A stretch of 34,705 bases of DNA, from assembly GCA_048213135.1 (NCBI GenBank), contig PS015030.1, positions 276,962-311,666 on the forward strand, read 5' to 3'. The notes under the pieces are model-generated. The model saw only the letters and a program-made list of their open reading frames with translations. It made no database searches and was not told the origin of the DNA. The translations under genes and the position numbers were made by a program. Below, piece after piece: positions 12,269-24,800 of the stretch (position 1 is its first letter; each line of letters begins with the position of its first letter). The stretch is from Reclinomonas americana ATCC 50394. Lineage: Eukaryota.

Positions 12269-13052
12269 ATGACGCACACCACGCCACGCATACGCATTCG
12301 CCTGGCCATCACGCGCACTCTCTGGAGTGCCGCGGTCATCGCCCTCATCGTCGCTCTCTCGTGTGCTCGTTCCGCAATTGCAAGTTGCGCTGCGTGCGGA
12401 CATGTGCGCGCAGCGCGAAAAGATTATGCGCTCTCACGCTCACTCTCACTTTCCTCCCTCTCCACACCGACTGCAGACGCCCAGACCGTGACCACCGCCG
12501 TCGCCAGCAGCATCGCAGGCACGTCTGTCACTCTCAATTCGTGGGTCAATCCCAACAATGTCGCCGGAGGCACCACCAACTCTTACGAGTGGTCTCCGTA
12601 TGCGACCGCCATTGGTGTCTCCCCTGCCACTGTCTCCACCTTTGTGGGCACGGCGGCCACATCGGGAACGACAGATGGTGTTGGAGCCAGCGCACGATTC
12701 ACGAATCCTATGGTGAGCGATGATGCGTGGCATTTTCCTTGCCGCGCTTCTCTTGTGATGCACTGACGCAATGTGTGTGTGCCCTCTCCCAACAGGGACT
12801 GGTGTTTGACGCCCTGGGCAACGTGTACGTGGGCGATTACGGGTTTGTCATGCCTCGGTTCCCAGCTGTCTGTTTCGCCCTTTCCGTCTCTCACAAACGC
12901 GCACGCACGCGATGATGATGATGATGGCAGCAACTGTCGCATTCGACGCGTCACACCCGCAGCCACAGTGACCACCTTTGCTGGAGGCACGTGCGGCCTG
13001 GTGAATGCGACAGGAGTGGCAGCTCAGTTCAAAAAGTGCGTTCTCTCTCTCT

Positions 13053-13089
<37 letters not shown>

Positions 13090-16000
13090 NNNNNNNNNNN
13101 NNNNNNNNNGCTCACTCACTCGCTCACTCGCAGTGTTGCCGGCCTCGCCATCGACCAAACCACGGGAACGATGTATGTCGCCGATGTGAGTCCTGGCATG
13201 CATGATCACAGCTTGACGCATTCTTCTGACTCCAACTCTGTGCGTCTCTCTCACACAGTTGATGAATCACGCTGTGCGTGCGGTCACCGCGGCGGCCGTG
13301 GTCACTACGTTGGCGGGAAACGGAGCATCGGGGAGTGCCAATGCCTCGGGTGCAGCCGCCTCCTTCAATCAGCCTGCGGCAGTGGCGGTGGATGCCACGA
13401 ACCAAGTGGTGTATGTGGGCGATTGGCTCAACAACACCATTCGACAAGTGACCTACGCCGGTGCGGCGACGACCTTTTGTGGCACTGCGGGCTCCAGTGG
13501 CACTGCCGATGGCCCGTGTGCGGGAACGGCGCGATTCGGTGGTCCCAATGGCGTGCTTCTCGTCGGAACCAAGCTGTATGTTGGTGAGCGCTGTGCGGGA
13601 GACAAGGCACAGAGATGCCCTTCCTCTCATTCTCACATGTGCGCCTTCTACTTGGTGCTTGAGTGCAGCCGATCGCGTGAACAACTCCATTCGAGCCATC
13701 GACACAGTGGCGATGACGGTGACGACGGTGGCGGGTTCAGCGAGTGGCGCGTCTGGATCCACGGATGCCACCGGTGAGTCCACCATGGGCAACTCAGTGT
13801 GAATGTTTGCATTCATGCTGATCGATGCACAACCAGGAACGGCTGCCCGCTTCAGCACGCCAATCGGACTGACATACGACTCTGGAACCAACGTCATCTA
13901 TATCGCCGACGTTGAGTATCTCCACTCCCCTCCACGCAGAGCCGTCATTCTTTTCATGATTCTGACTGACGTGCGAGTGTAGTCTGCCAACAACACTGTT
14001 CGGCAACTCCGACTGTCAGACTCGGCGGTGACAACGATCGGCGGCGCAGCGGGCGTGACTGGCTCAGCCGACGGCAGCGCACTAACCGTGGCACGCTTCA
14101 ACTCGCCTGTCCACCTCGCAGTCGATGCATCGACGGCATCGGTGCTGGTTGCCGATTACACCACGCACATCATCCGACGTCTCTCGCTGGCGTCGCAGAC
14201 ATTGTCGGCCACGTCCACCGCTCTCACCGCCACCGGCTCTCTGGTCACTTCAGTCACCGCCTCACTGACTGGATTGGTGACCAACTGGACGTTCTACTAC
14301 CGCGCCGTCGGTGTAACCTCCACCCCCAGCACCATCAACGGCGCCACCGTGTCTTTCACCACCTCCACCAATGTGGCTCCCACCGACGTCAGCTGCTCGT
14401 CGACGACGTACGTGTCGCCATCGGTAGCGAATCAAGTCGTGTGTGCGCTGCAGACGACGGATGCCAACACTGGCCAGTCGTTCACGTACTCGATAGTTGG
14501 CGGCGCCAATAGCGCCGTATTTTCAATCAGCGGACAGTCGCTGGTGATTGTGGCTGCGGGGCAGGCGGGCAGCTCGCTGGCGGTAACGATTCGGTCGACC
14601 GACAACGGGTCGCCGGCGCTGTTCTTCGACAAGGCATTTACCATTACCACGGGTGAGACGCAATTTGTGCTCGTCAGACTATGTCTCTCTCTCTCTTTCT
14701 CTCTCACACACACACTCACATTCGCACACACGCGGACAGTGCAACTTGCTTCACCCAGTTGTCTCTCTTTTGTCCTCTCCTCTTAATGTCTCTCTTTTCT
14801 CCCCCTCAGCCTTTTGCCTTGCGGATTGATTCACTCTGTTATCTCTCCTTCTTCTCCAATTCTCTTCTGTGCGACACTGTGCCCACCCTCCCCTTTCTCC
14901 CTCCTCTCTTTTCCTCTTTCCCCTGCTCTCTCTTTCTCTCTCTCTCCCTTTCTCTGATCCCCACTCTCTGTCTCACTCATTATCCAGTTTGCTGCTGTCT
15001 GTTGTCTCTTTTCTGTCCTCCTTATCCTCCTCCTCCTCCTCCTCCTCTTCCTCCTCCTCCTCCTCCTCCTCCTCCTCCTAACTCCTCCTCCTCCTCCTCC
15101 TCCTCCTCCTCCTCCTCCTCCTCCTCCTCCTCCTCCTCTTCCTCCTATTCCTATTCCTATTCCTATTCCTTCCCTTCCCTTCCTTTCCCTTCCCTTCCCT
15201 TCCCTTCCCTTCCCTTCCCTTCCCTTCCCTTCCATCCATGGTCATTCACAATGTCCCCTTTCTTCGATGCGTCACAGCCACTCAGTCGCTGGCCACGCTG
15301 GCGGCCAACAGCGTGACCACGTCGTCGGCAACATTGAATGCCGTAGTGGGCAACTCGGTGGCGGCCTCGACAATGAGCAATTCATTCGAGTGGGCCACGT
15401 CGTCGGCTGCACTCGGTATCACGCCAGCCGTGTCGACGTGGTTGGGCACGTCTGGCATGTCTGGCTCGGCGGATGGCACGGGAGCAGCCGCGCGTTTCTC
15501 ACAACCTACGGTTCGTCTACTGCTGCGCTCTTGTGTGCTGCGTTTCAGCTTCGTTTCTCATGCAGATTTGTCACGTGCGCAGGGCATTGCCTTTGACGCG
15601 TCGGGTACTGCATACGTGTGTGAAATGCTCAATCACACAGTTCGGCGAGTGACGACTGGCGGTGTGGTGACGACGTTTCTGGGAGCTGCTGGAATGTCGG
15701 GCCTGGTTGACGGGATCGGCAGTGCGGTGCGGTTAAACGCGCCCACCGATGTGTCGATCGACTTGACCACCGGGTATTTGTACGTTGATGATGTTGCGTT
15801 GTTGTTGATGTCCATGAAAGACTTTCCCACTCCCGTGGTCAGCTTCTCATCATTGCCGCCTCCAGCAATATAATCACGCTATTCGCGTGAGCACTTCTTC
15901 CGGTTCTGTGTCAACGCTGGCTGGCAACGGGACTCTTGGCACTGCGAATGGCACCGGATCGAATGCAAGATTCAGCAGCCCGCACGGCATTGTGGTGGAT

Positions 16001-19000
16001 TCGTCCAACAAAGCAGTATACGTTGGCGACTGGAACAATGCGGTCGTCAGGAAGGTGTGTACGAGAACTCCGTCCCTGCTTTATTCGTACAATGCGCATG
16101 CCTGATCACACTTGCAGGTCACCTATGGTGGTGAGGCGACCACCTACTGCGGTACGATGGGGTCGTCGGGTACTGTTGATGGAGCGTGCGCATCGACGGC
16201 GTTGTTTGATGGTCCATCTGGTGTGGTCTTGGATGCGACAGCCAATCGGCTGTATGTTGGTGTGTGTGTGTGTGTGTGTGATCGGTTCTTTAGTGATCAC
16301 TCTGGCGAGCGACGTGTACTTACACTTAAAGCGTGCAGCGGATCGAAATCGCCACAATATTCGTGTGATCGACATGCTAGCGATGACTGCGTCGACTCTG
16401 GCGGGCTCTACGACCGGGACTGCAGGGTCGACGGATGCCACAGGCACTGCAGCCCGATTCAACACGCCGATTGGAGTCCAGCTCGATCGAGGTCGTGGCG
16501 TTTTGTACGTTGCCGATGTTGCGTATTGCGCACAGCCATTTGTACTTGTGCATTCTTCGTTTCTTCTCACATCACGCGGCCGCCACGTACCACGTAAAGC
16601 TAAGCAACTCTACCGTGCGCCAAATCGTCATCAGTACGGGTGCTGTCACAACCCTCGCCGGTGCTGCGGGAGCTTCTGGCACAGCAGATGGGAGCCCACT
16701 CACCACCGCTCGTTTCAGCAGTCCGGTTCGTTCGTCCCTTGCATGTGGTGCATGAAAGAGATCTCTCACTGCGAGTCCAGATTTTCATGGCGTTTGATTC
16801 CGCGTCGTCCACGCTGACCATCGTAGGTGCGATAATGCTGGCAGAATGTACTATGGCTATGCTTCTGCGTCTTACCGTTCTCTTACAGATTGGGGAAACC
16901 ACGCGATTCGCCGACTCACTATCGGCTCCACCACCGTCGCGGCCACCCCTGCCACCTCCGGCGTCGCCACCAGCACGGCGCTCACCGCCTCACTGACGTC
17001 GCTCGCCGCCAACTGGACGTACTACTTTCGTGCCATCTCCACATCCACCGTGCCCAGCACGCTCACCGGCTCCACGATGTCCTTCGCCACCTCCAACTCG
17101 GCGCCGACCGACGTTGTGTGCACTACCACCGTTTATGTCTCTCCGTCAACGGCCAACATGCCCGTGTGCACGATGAGCACGACGGACAGCAATGGCGGTC
17201 AGTCGTACACATACGCAGCCACTCGCGGATTGAATCCAAGTAAGTTTTCAGCAAACGGCGCGCAGCTGCAAATCATCTTGGCGGGACAGTCGACAACTCC
17301 GATTGTCGCCACAGTCCGCGCGTTTGACAATGGCACGCCGCCCATGTTTGTCGACAAGACATTCAATGTGACGTCGGGTGAGTGACAGACTGAGAATGTT
17401 GTGTTACTTGGTGTGGATTGCTTAACCTGACTTCCCACAGTGAACAATGCGCCAACGGCGGTGATATTGAGTCCGAGCTCGTACATTACGCCGAGCACGG
17501 TGGGGCAGGCGATCGGCACCATGAGCACGAGTGATGTGGACTCGCAGCAGTCGTTCACGTATTCGGTGGTGGGCGGTGCCAGCAGCGCATTGGTGACGAT
17601 TGTGTCTGGCAATCAGCTGCAGTTTACGACTGCGGGGGCGACAGCATCGTTGGTGGTGATTGTGCGCACGACCGACAATGGCAATCCCGCCATGTCTTTC
17701 GATCAGACCCTCAACATTGCTGGTGTGTGCTATTCTTGTTTTGTGCTGTTGTGATGCACGATGAAGCTTATTGCCCTGTATGCAGCACCGACTGTGACAT
17801 CACTGTCGGCCACCTTTGTGTCGGCACTGGCTGGCCAGTTGATTACATTGACAGGAACTGCGCTGGTGAACAACTCGGCCGACGCGTCGGCGTATGTGTT
17901 GGGCACTCCTCTCTGTGGCGCCACGACACCCCCGACAGCTGTGGCCAGCACCACCGTCAGCAGCGCGTTCGGCAGTGCGACCAGCATCACGCTGACGATT
18001 GGAGCCGCGGGTGCAGCTGTTGGCACGTACGAACTGTGCACACGATGGGCACCAGCCAACACATATCTGGCGGTGTCGGCATTCGCCATTGGTGAGGAAA
18101 GAGAGAATGGAGAGAAGTATTGTGCTTCTTCGTGAGTCAGCTGAACGAATGAGGTGTGCAGGGAGTGTTGGCCCAAGCGACATTCTGTTGTCGGGTGCGC
18201 AGACGTACTCGAGTGCGACAGTGCCATTCACGGTGGGCACACTGAGCATGGTGGATCTCAACACGGGACAGACGCCGACATTCAGCATTGTTGGTGGCTT
18301 GCATGCGGCTTTGTTTACCGTCGTGGGTGGCAACCAGCTGACGATCTCGGTGGCTCCACCGCTGAATCGGCGACTGCAAGTATTTGTGCAAGTGAGCGAC
18401 GGCGCGCTGACGTACACCAAGCAGTTCATGATTGTGTATGGTGCGTGAATGGGGAAGGGAGGGGAAAGATTGGAAGCGAGTGTGCAGTGGAATAGAGAGA
18501 ACAGCGGAAACAGCAGATCAGCACGATTGTCGTCTCTCAAGATCTATCTCTCTGCCTCTTTCTCGGGGCGCTTGCAGAGTGTGTGCTGACAGTGATTGGG
18601 TGCGTGTGCAGCATCGAATGCAAATTGCGGAACGGTGCAGAATGGAGTTGTGGCTCGTTGCGTTGATTTCTTTCCGCGTACACCATCTTCTGCCGTCTCA
18701 CTCGTACACATGGGACCGAGCAGCTGCGTTGGAAGCGTGCCAGTTCGAGGCAGTGGATCGACCCGGCGGTACGGTTATTGGTGTGGCGGGTTCTGCTTCT
18801 AGCGAGGTGGCGTGCTGTGAAGCGTGCGATCGGAACTCCCAGTGCCGATCGTGGACTTTCCTGGATGCTGCCGCGGCGTCGAACACGTCTGGTGTGAATT
18901 TGTGTACCATGAAGGCACGTAGTCGGTGATGAGAAAGGGATTGTGTGGATTGACGAGCTCACCTTCTCGTTGCATGCAGAGCACCGTGCCGTCGGCGGCC

Positions 19001-19381
19001 GCCAATGCGGAGACCAGCAACCTATGTGGCTCGCATTTCTGCTTGGTGTCGGGACGCAAGACGAGTGCGGCTGCATATGACAGCAGCGGCTTCCTGACCA
19101 GCACGGGTGAGTGGCTGAGATGAGAGATGAGAGAGAATCGTGACTGATATGTTGGATGCTGTTTGGATGCAGATCGACCTGGCGGCGACCTCACGTGGGC
19201 CACCAAAACAACTACCGGACCACAAGCCTGCTCACTGTGGTGCTCGCAGTTGACCGCCTGCGGCTCGTGGACATTCACGACGTCGACGAAGCAGTGTGTG
19301 CCAAAGAGTGGCGTGGTGGCCACGTCGACGGCGACGGCGTGTGCGACGAGCGGGGACTGCACGTCGGGGCTGAAGATTTAA
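12269..19381 (+). CDS. Large secreted mosaic protein (~24 exons, roughly 1,500 aa): signal peptide, 2x[FN3-like with inserted 6-blade NHL propeller + cadherin-like], cadherin-like, IPT/Ig-like, cadherin-like, 2x PAN/Apple
   Basis: N-terminal hydrophobic signal (LWSAAVIALIVALSCARSAIA). 12 NHL-type blades (A.F..P.G.A.D...G..YVAD..N..IR.V...V.T.AG). Four APT/GPS...T.D.N..QSFTYS.VGG...F.I.G.QL...TDNG repeats. PAN motifs DRPGG...CCEACDRNSQCRSWTF...CTMK and DRPGG...CSLWCSQLTACGSWTF...CVPK. 23 predicted introns are phase-compatible through to TAA at 19379-19381. Confidence 0.85.
15025..15233. repeat. Compound pyrimidine microsatellite (CCT)n-(CCTATT)n-(TTCCC)n inside the 625-nt intron 14653-15277
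   Basis: Directly visible successive repeat units. Confidence 0.9.
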
Positions 19382-19509
19382 AGTGATTTCACGCATGTGT
19401 TTGAAACTCACGCAGATCGCTCCAAGAACGCTGATATATCTCTCTCACGCGCGCACCGAATGACTTCCTCTCCTTGTCCAATATATAATCCACCCACACT
19501 TCCCTTCAT

Positions 19510-20915
19510 TCATTCTGCACTCGCCAGCGATGCCGATCTGGCAGGCGAAACCACTGCCGACGACGATGACGACGACGACGGCGGTGGATCGGGATGCTCG
19601 CTCAACGCATTCTCGTACCACCGTGCAAAATCAACAGCCGCATTCGCGTACACCATCGTCTCCTGTTCGAGTCGCAGATCAGCGCGCTGCTTTGTTGGCA
19701 TCACTTCCTCAAGCACGCAGCCCACACGCACCTCACTGCGGATCATGTATAATCTCATCTCCGGCGTTGCGTTCTCCAGCTGTTGCAACTGGTCGGCTGC
19801 AGCCTCCACCAGCACCTGCGACATGGAAAGCTTGCGATGCAGCCGATTCCACAATCGGCCGACCGCCGTGCTCTGCGAGACATGAGTGAGATGAATCGTT
19901 CCATAGTCAACAACGAGGACGACCACAAAACTTCGCCCTGTGCAGGCCACCGATTGCGCAACGAGATGCGCAAAGTGGCGGTGTCGGCCACCAGGTCACG
20001 AATGTGCTCCTCCAGATCGTTCTTCCACGCACAAAACTTGTCACAGGTGCGCCGCAACGATGCAATTGCATACACATCGTCCTCTAGTTTGTACAGTGCG
20101 GCCTCACGTGTCTGCGCAATGCGAGAAGAAGAAGAAGAGTGAGTGGGCCGGATGGCTTCAGCGATACCGAGCGAGGGACGCATGTCGCACATCAAGAACG
20201 GCGCGAATGCGTGTGGCCAACTGCTGCCATGATCGACTTTGACTCTTGCCAATGCCAGTGATCTTGGCTTGCCACTCCTGCACACTCTGCCGAATCGGGG
20301 CGATCTTGGCGAGTGAATCTTGCACGAAATTCTGTCGCACACACACGAGAGGTAGTGAGTGACTAACACGTAAAGAGAGAGAGAGAGAAAATGGCCATAC
20401 TGACCTCCAGCGCCTCCATCTCGTCCACCGACCGATACCGGTAGTTGTCCAGCTTCTTCTGCTCCACCTCTACCTGCAGTTGCTCGACCGGGAACGCCAA
20501 GTCCTGTATGTAACGGAAGGAGATTGAGAAAGTGACGACGGGCGGAGCGACAACATGAAAATGAGAAAATCCACAGTGAGAGAGAAAAGGAGAGAACAGC
20601 ACCATAACAGACAATGCACGTGAATGAGAGGCAGTCAAACTTACGAAGTCTCCCTACAACGAACCGAGTGCCCTCGCAATAGGGCCTCTTTAACTCTTCT
20701 CTCTCTATCTATCTGTTTCTGTGTGATCCTTGCTCGCTGTCTCTCTTGAGCACTCAGTCTCACTCTCTGCTTTTCTTCCTGTCCCGCTCTCTTGCTCTGT
20801 GCGCGTGTCTCGCCGCCTTTCACTTGCCTCTGCTTCCTCCCCTCCCTCTTCCTCCGCTCTCACTCTCACTTTCTTCCCCCTACTCGCGCACTTTCTCTCT
20901 CCGCCCTCTCCATAC

Positions 20916-20946
<31 letters not shown>

Positions 20947-21774
20947 GTTTCCCCCCTTTCCCCTCCNNNNNNNNNNNNNNNNNNNNNNNNNNNNNNNNNN
21001 NNNNNNNNNNNNNNNNNNNNNNNNNNNNNNNNNNNNNNNNNNNNNNNNNNNNNNNNNNNNNNNNNNNNNNNNNNNNNNNNNNNNNNNNNNNNNNNNNNNN
21101 NNNNNNNNNNNNNNNNNNNNNNNNNNNNNNNNNNNNNNNNNNNNNNNNNNNNTCCTCTCTCTCTCTCTCTCTGTTTCCCCCCTTTCCCCTCCACCCCCTC
21201 TACCCACCAAATCCAGCTTGCTCCAGTCAGTGGAGAACGACTCGAGGTCCTCCGCATTCTGCGATGCATCGCCCGTCTCCGCAACCAGCTCGGCGACACG
21301 GGTGAAAATACCGTGCAGCTCCTATGCACATACAACAGAAGAACAATGGTGAGCACTCGGAATGGCAAATCCATCGACGCTGGGGCACAACAGAACCTCA
21401 AGTTTGGTCTGCACGCGCCACTTGCCCAGCGTGCCGACATCATCATTGACAAAGTGCGCACTCTCACTGAGCGCCAGATACCTTGGCTCGTACAGCGAAA
21501 ATGTCGATTGTGCCTGTGTTGCAACCAAATCAGGATCGAAAGCGAGAGCACGTTTTGAGTCATCGTCGCTTGCATTCGCGACTGAGCTCTGACACTCTCG
21601 CTCTTTTGATTGTTCTTTCTCTCTCGCCCTCTTGTCTCTCTCTCTCTCTCTCTCACGATGAGTCACTCGCTCTCACTCTCTCTAGGAGAAAGACGAAAGA
21701 GAGATCCTGCTTGTTCGGTTGTGAGCAGCCCTCTCTCCTATCCCTCTTTCGTCTCTCTCTCTCTCTCACACATG

Positions 21775-21817
<43 letters not shown>

Positions 21818-24800
21818 ACCCGACTTGTTTTCTGCGAGCTCTCTGCTCACCCACGCAGAGAATCGCGCCGGATTCTGCTCCAGTCTCTGTTGCATATGTT
21901 GCAACAAATCCTGCAAGTCGTCCGCCGCCTGTGTGAACTCCTGCAGCACTCGTTCGCGCGCCTGACATCTGTATCGAAAAACATACGCGTCAAGTGAGCT
22001 GCCAGGCTTCTCCCTCAGCGACCGTAGCACATACTCAACGTCGTCAGCTGCTCGTGTAGCACCGTCGCAAACGTACGGTGCCGAGTCTCCAGTTCCGCCC
22101 ACAGCTGCAATATGGTCTGCAAAAGAGGATCAACTGGATTAGAATCCGGCACTCATCTGAGAGCCATTCTTCTCTGCCGCGCTCCTTCTGTGACTCACAG
22201 TGGATTCTCTCTCTCTCTCTCTCTCTACTTTTTCTTCCTCTCTCCCTCTCTTCTCAACTTGCCTCTCTCATTCTCATTTCTGCCTTGCCTCTTTCCCTCC
22301 CTCTTTTCTCTTCTCCCTCTCCCTCTCCTTCTCCCGCCCTCTTTTCCTGCCTCTCCCTCTCTCCTCCTCCTCCTTCTCCCTCATCTTCCCTCCCCACCCC
22401 CCTCACCTTGATCTGCGACTTTCGCAGTGGATCCGAGTGCAACCGCAACAGATAGCACTCATTCTGGATCTTCGAGTAGATATCTGGTTTCTCCGTCTCC
22501 ACAAAGGCATGGAAGGCCGCGTGCAGTTCCTGCGCCACACTCACATCAATACCACAACCACTCACAACTTGAACAACCCACGCCGCCCACGCAACATGCA
22601 CGCGAGCCAGTGTCAACTTGGACGTCGCACAGCTGGAAATGATCTCCTCGTAAAACTGCAGCTGATCCTCCACGCGACGAATGATCTTTGCGAGGTGCAC
22701 CAGATGAGTCAACTGTCCTCCTCGCCCGGCACGAGGAAACACACAAACATGCACATACCTGCTCGAGAGACACATCCGACGTTGGCGGCAACTGCACCGC
22801 CACTGGCGTCGCGGGCGATGGCATCGGAGACACGCCACCCGGCGACTTGCTAAATGACGACGACAGCGAGTCGTCGTGACGGCGTCGCTGCGATGGAAGC
22901 GATGCCGCCTGGAACAGGAACCGATGTAGCGTGCGACGCAGCTTGTTGCGCGCCAGCACCGCTGGCGTCACAGTGGCCGCGTGTGAGTTTTCCTCCAAAA
23001 GCCGCGTGATTTCCGCAGGCGGCAGCGAGCTCCGAGTGATTGGAGTGGAATATCCAACGGCTTCATCCTCCACCTCCGCCGCTCCCACCAGCGCCGAGGT
23101 CTCACTGGATTCCACAATGTGGAAACGCGACGCCAACGGAGTCACCGGCGAGCCTGTTCCTGGTGGTGGCGAGGCGCGCGACACGATAACAGTCGGTGGT
23201 GGGCGGTCCGCCTGGGGCGTCTGCGGTGTTGACGGCGAGCGGGTGAGAATACCGAGTGCCTTTTCCTCCATGGCACGAAGCTCCTTCATGGCGTGCCTCA
23301 CAGCCTGCAAGCCGACAGGCTCACGATCACGAGCCCAGGCCTGCGCACCGAGTGAGCGCGACGCAAACGAACCACGTACGGTGTTACTCTTTCCACGAAC
23401 CTGTTCCAACTGCGCGAGAAGCTGATGTGACACTTGCAGTTGCTCTTTTACCGAATGCGGAACCGGTTGGCGGGCCATCCTAAAAAACAGTGGCCAGCGA
23501 GTGAGATGTCGGGAACACAATGCCACTGGGGAGTGGTGTGCATCACGAAACTTGAGAGGCGTGCTGTACGGTAGCCGCTCACATGCATGCGCCGCCAGTC
23601 GTTCGTACAACTCGCGAACAAGACGGCCGACTTGTCGCAATTCGGAGGCAACCGACCACCAGCTGAGAATGGTGATGCCGAATTCACTGTGCGCGCAGAG
23701 TCAAGTAAGAACGGAATGTGTGCGAGTGAGGAGAGTTCCCACGCTGCCAAAAACACACGCAACGTCTCATCCTGTGGCGTCGCAGTCAACCATGTGTCGC
23801 CCACACTCGGCAGTTGCTCTCCCGCGGTGGTGGCCAAGTTGGAGAAACCCTCGGCGTGCAAGAAAGCGCCAATGCGCATCAGCGTCTTCACCAAGTACGA
23901 AGAGTCCTGCATGGTGCCGTCAACCTGTGTAGAACGCCAAGAGAGTTGAGCGACAATGCATTGGAGTAGAGAGCATGGTGATTCTTGTTGTCACACTGAC
24001 CTGGAGCACTCTTCGAACTGCATCGTCACGCTCCCGTCGCAGTCGGTCGTTCTCTGGTCTCAGCTTAGAGTACGCTGCGCGAGATAGTGAGTGAATACAG
24101 TCACACACCCGCTGCCATCGCGCATACTCACCATCGTTGAGGAACAACAACTCACTCATCAGCGCGTGCTGTTCGGCACGCGACACGTGGTCTGAGCCGT
24201 AGAGCGGCCACATGCGCTTGCCGATGGTGTTGCCGTAGACACCACTGCCGCGTGGCTGTAACAAGCCAGTGAGCGGGGTCTCTGGTCGCGAAAGCGACAC
24301 GCTGCCAAGGTCGATTGAGTCCGAATGGTGATGGTGACCAGACTGAAGAGGTACCGGGAGTGGATCGTCGTTGGGCACCGCGGCGGCCACCAGCGACAGC
24401 TGTTGCTGTTGCTGCGACGGCGGTTGTGGCTGCGGATTGTGCACGTGCTGCTGCAGTGCTTGCTGTTCGAGTTTCACGAGCTGTGCCTGCATCTGGCGAA
24501 TGATCTCCAACTGAGGATTCACCGTCTGTTGCTGTTGCTGCTGCACTGGCATGGCCTGCACTATTGTCGGTACGTGCAGGTGCTGCAACTGCGGCTGTTG
24601 CTGTAAATGTTGCTGCAGAAGCTGCTGTTGAAGCAAACCGTGCGATGGTGACAGCTCTTCGTCATACGACGTGGGCGTGAAGGAGCGGCGCGGCATGGTT
24701 CCGAGCACGTTACTATTCGATGGAGTGCGAGAGCGGCCCGGCTGGAGGGGAAGATTGTTGGATAAGGAACGGGTCGACAGAGTAGAACTCCGCAAGAAGT

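Noticed and set aside
12269-19381. Teneurin, a bacterial contaminant, or an alternative genetic code explaining the fragmented ORFs
   Set aside because: No YD-repeat shell, EGF repeats or TM segment. The frame breaks are fully explained by GT/GC-AG introns, and TAA and TGA both act as normal stops.
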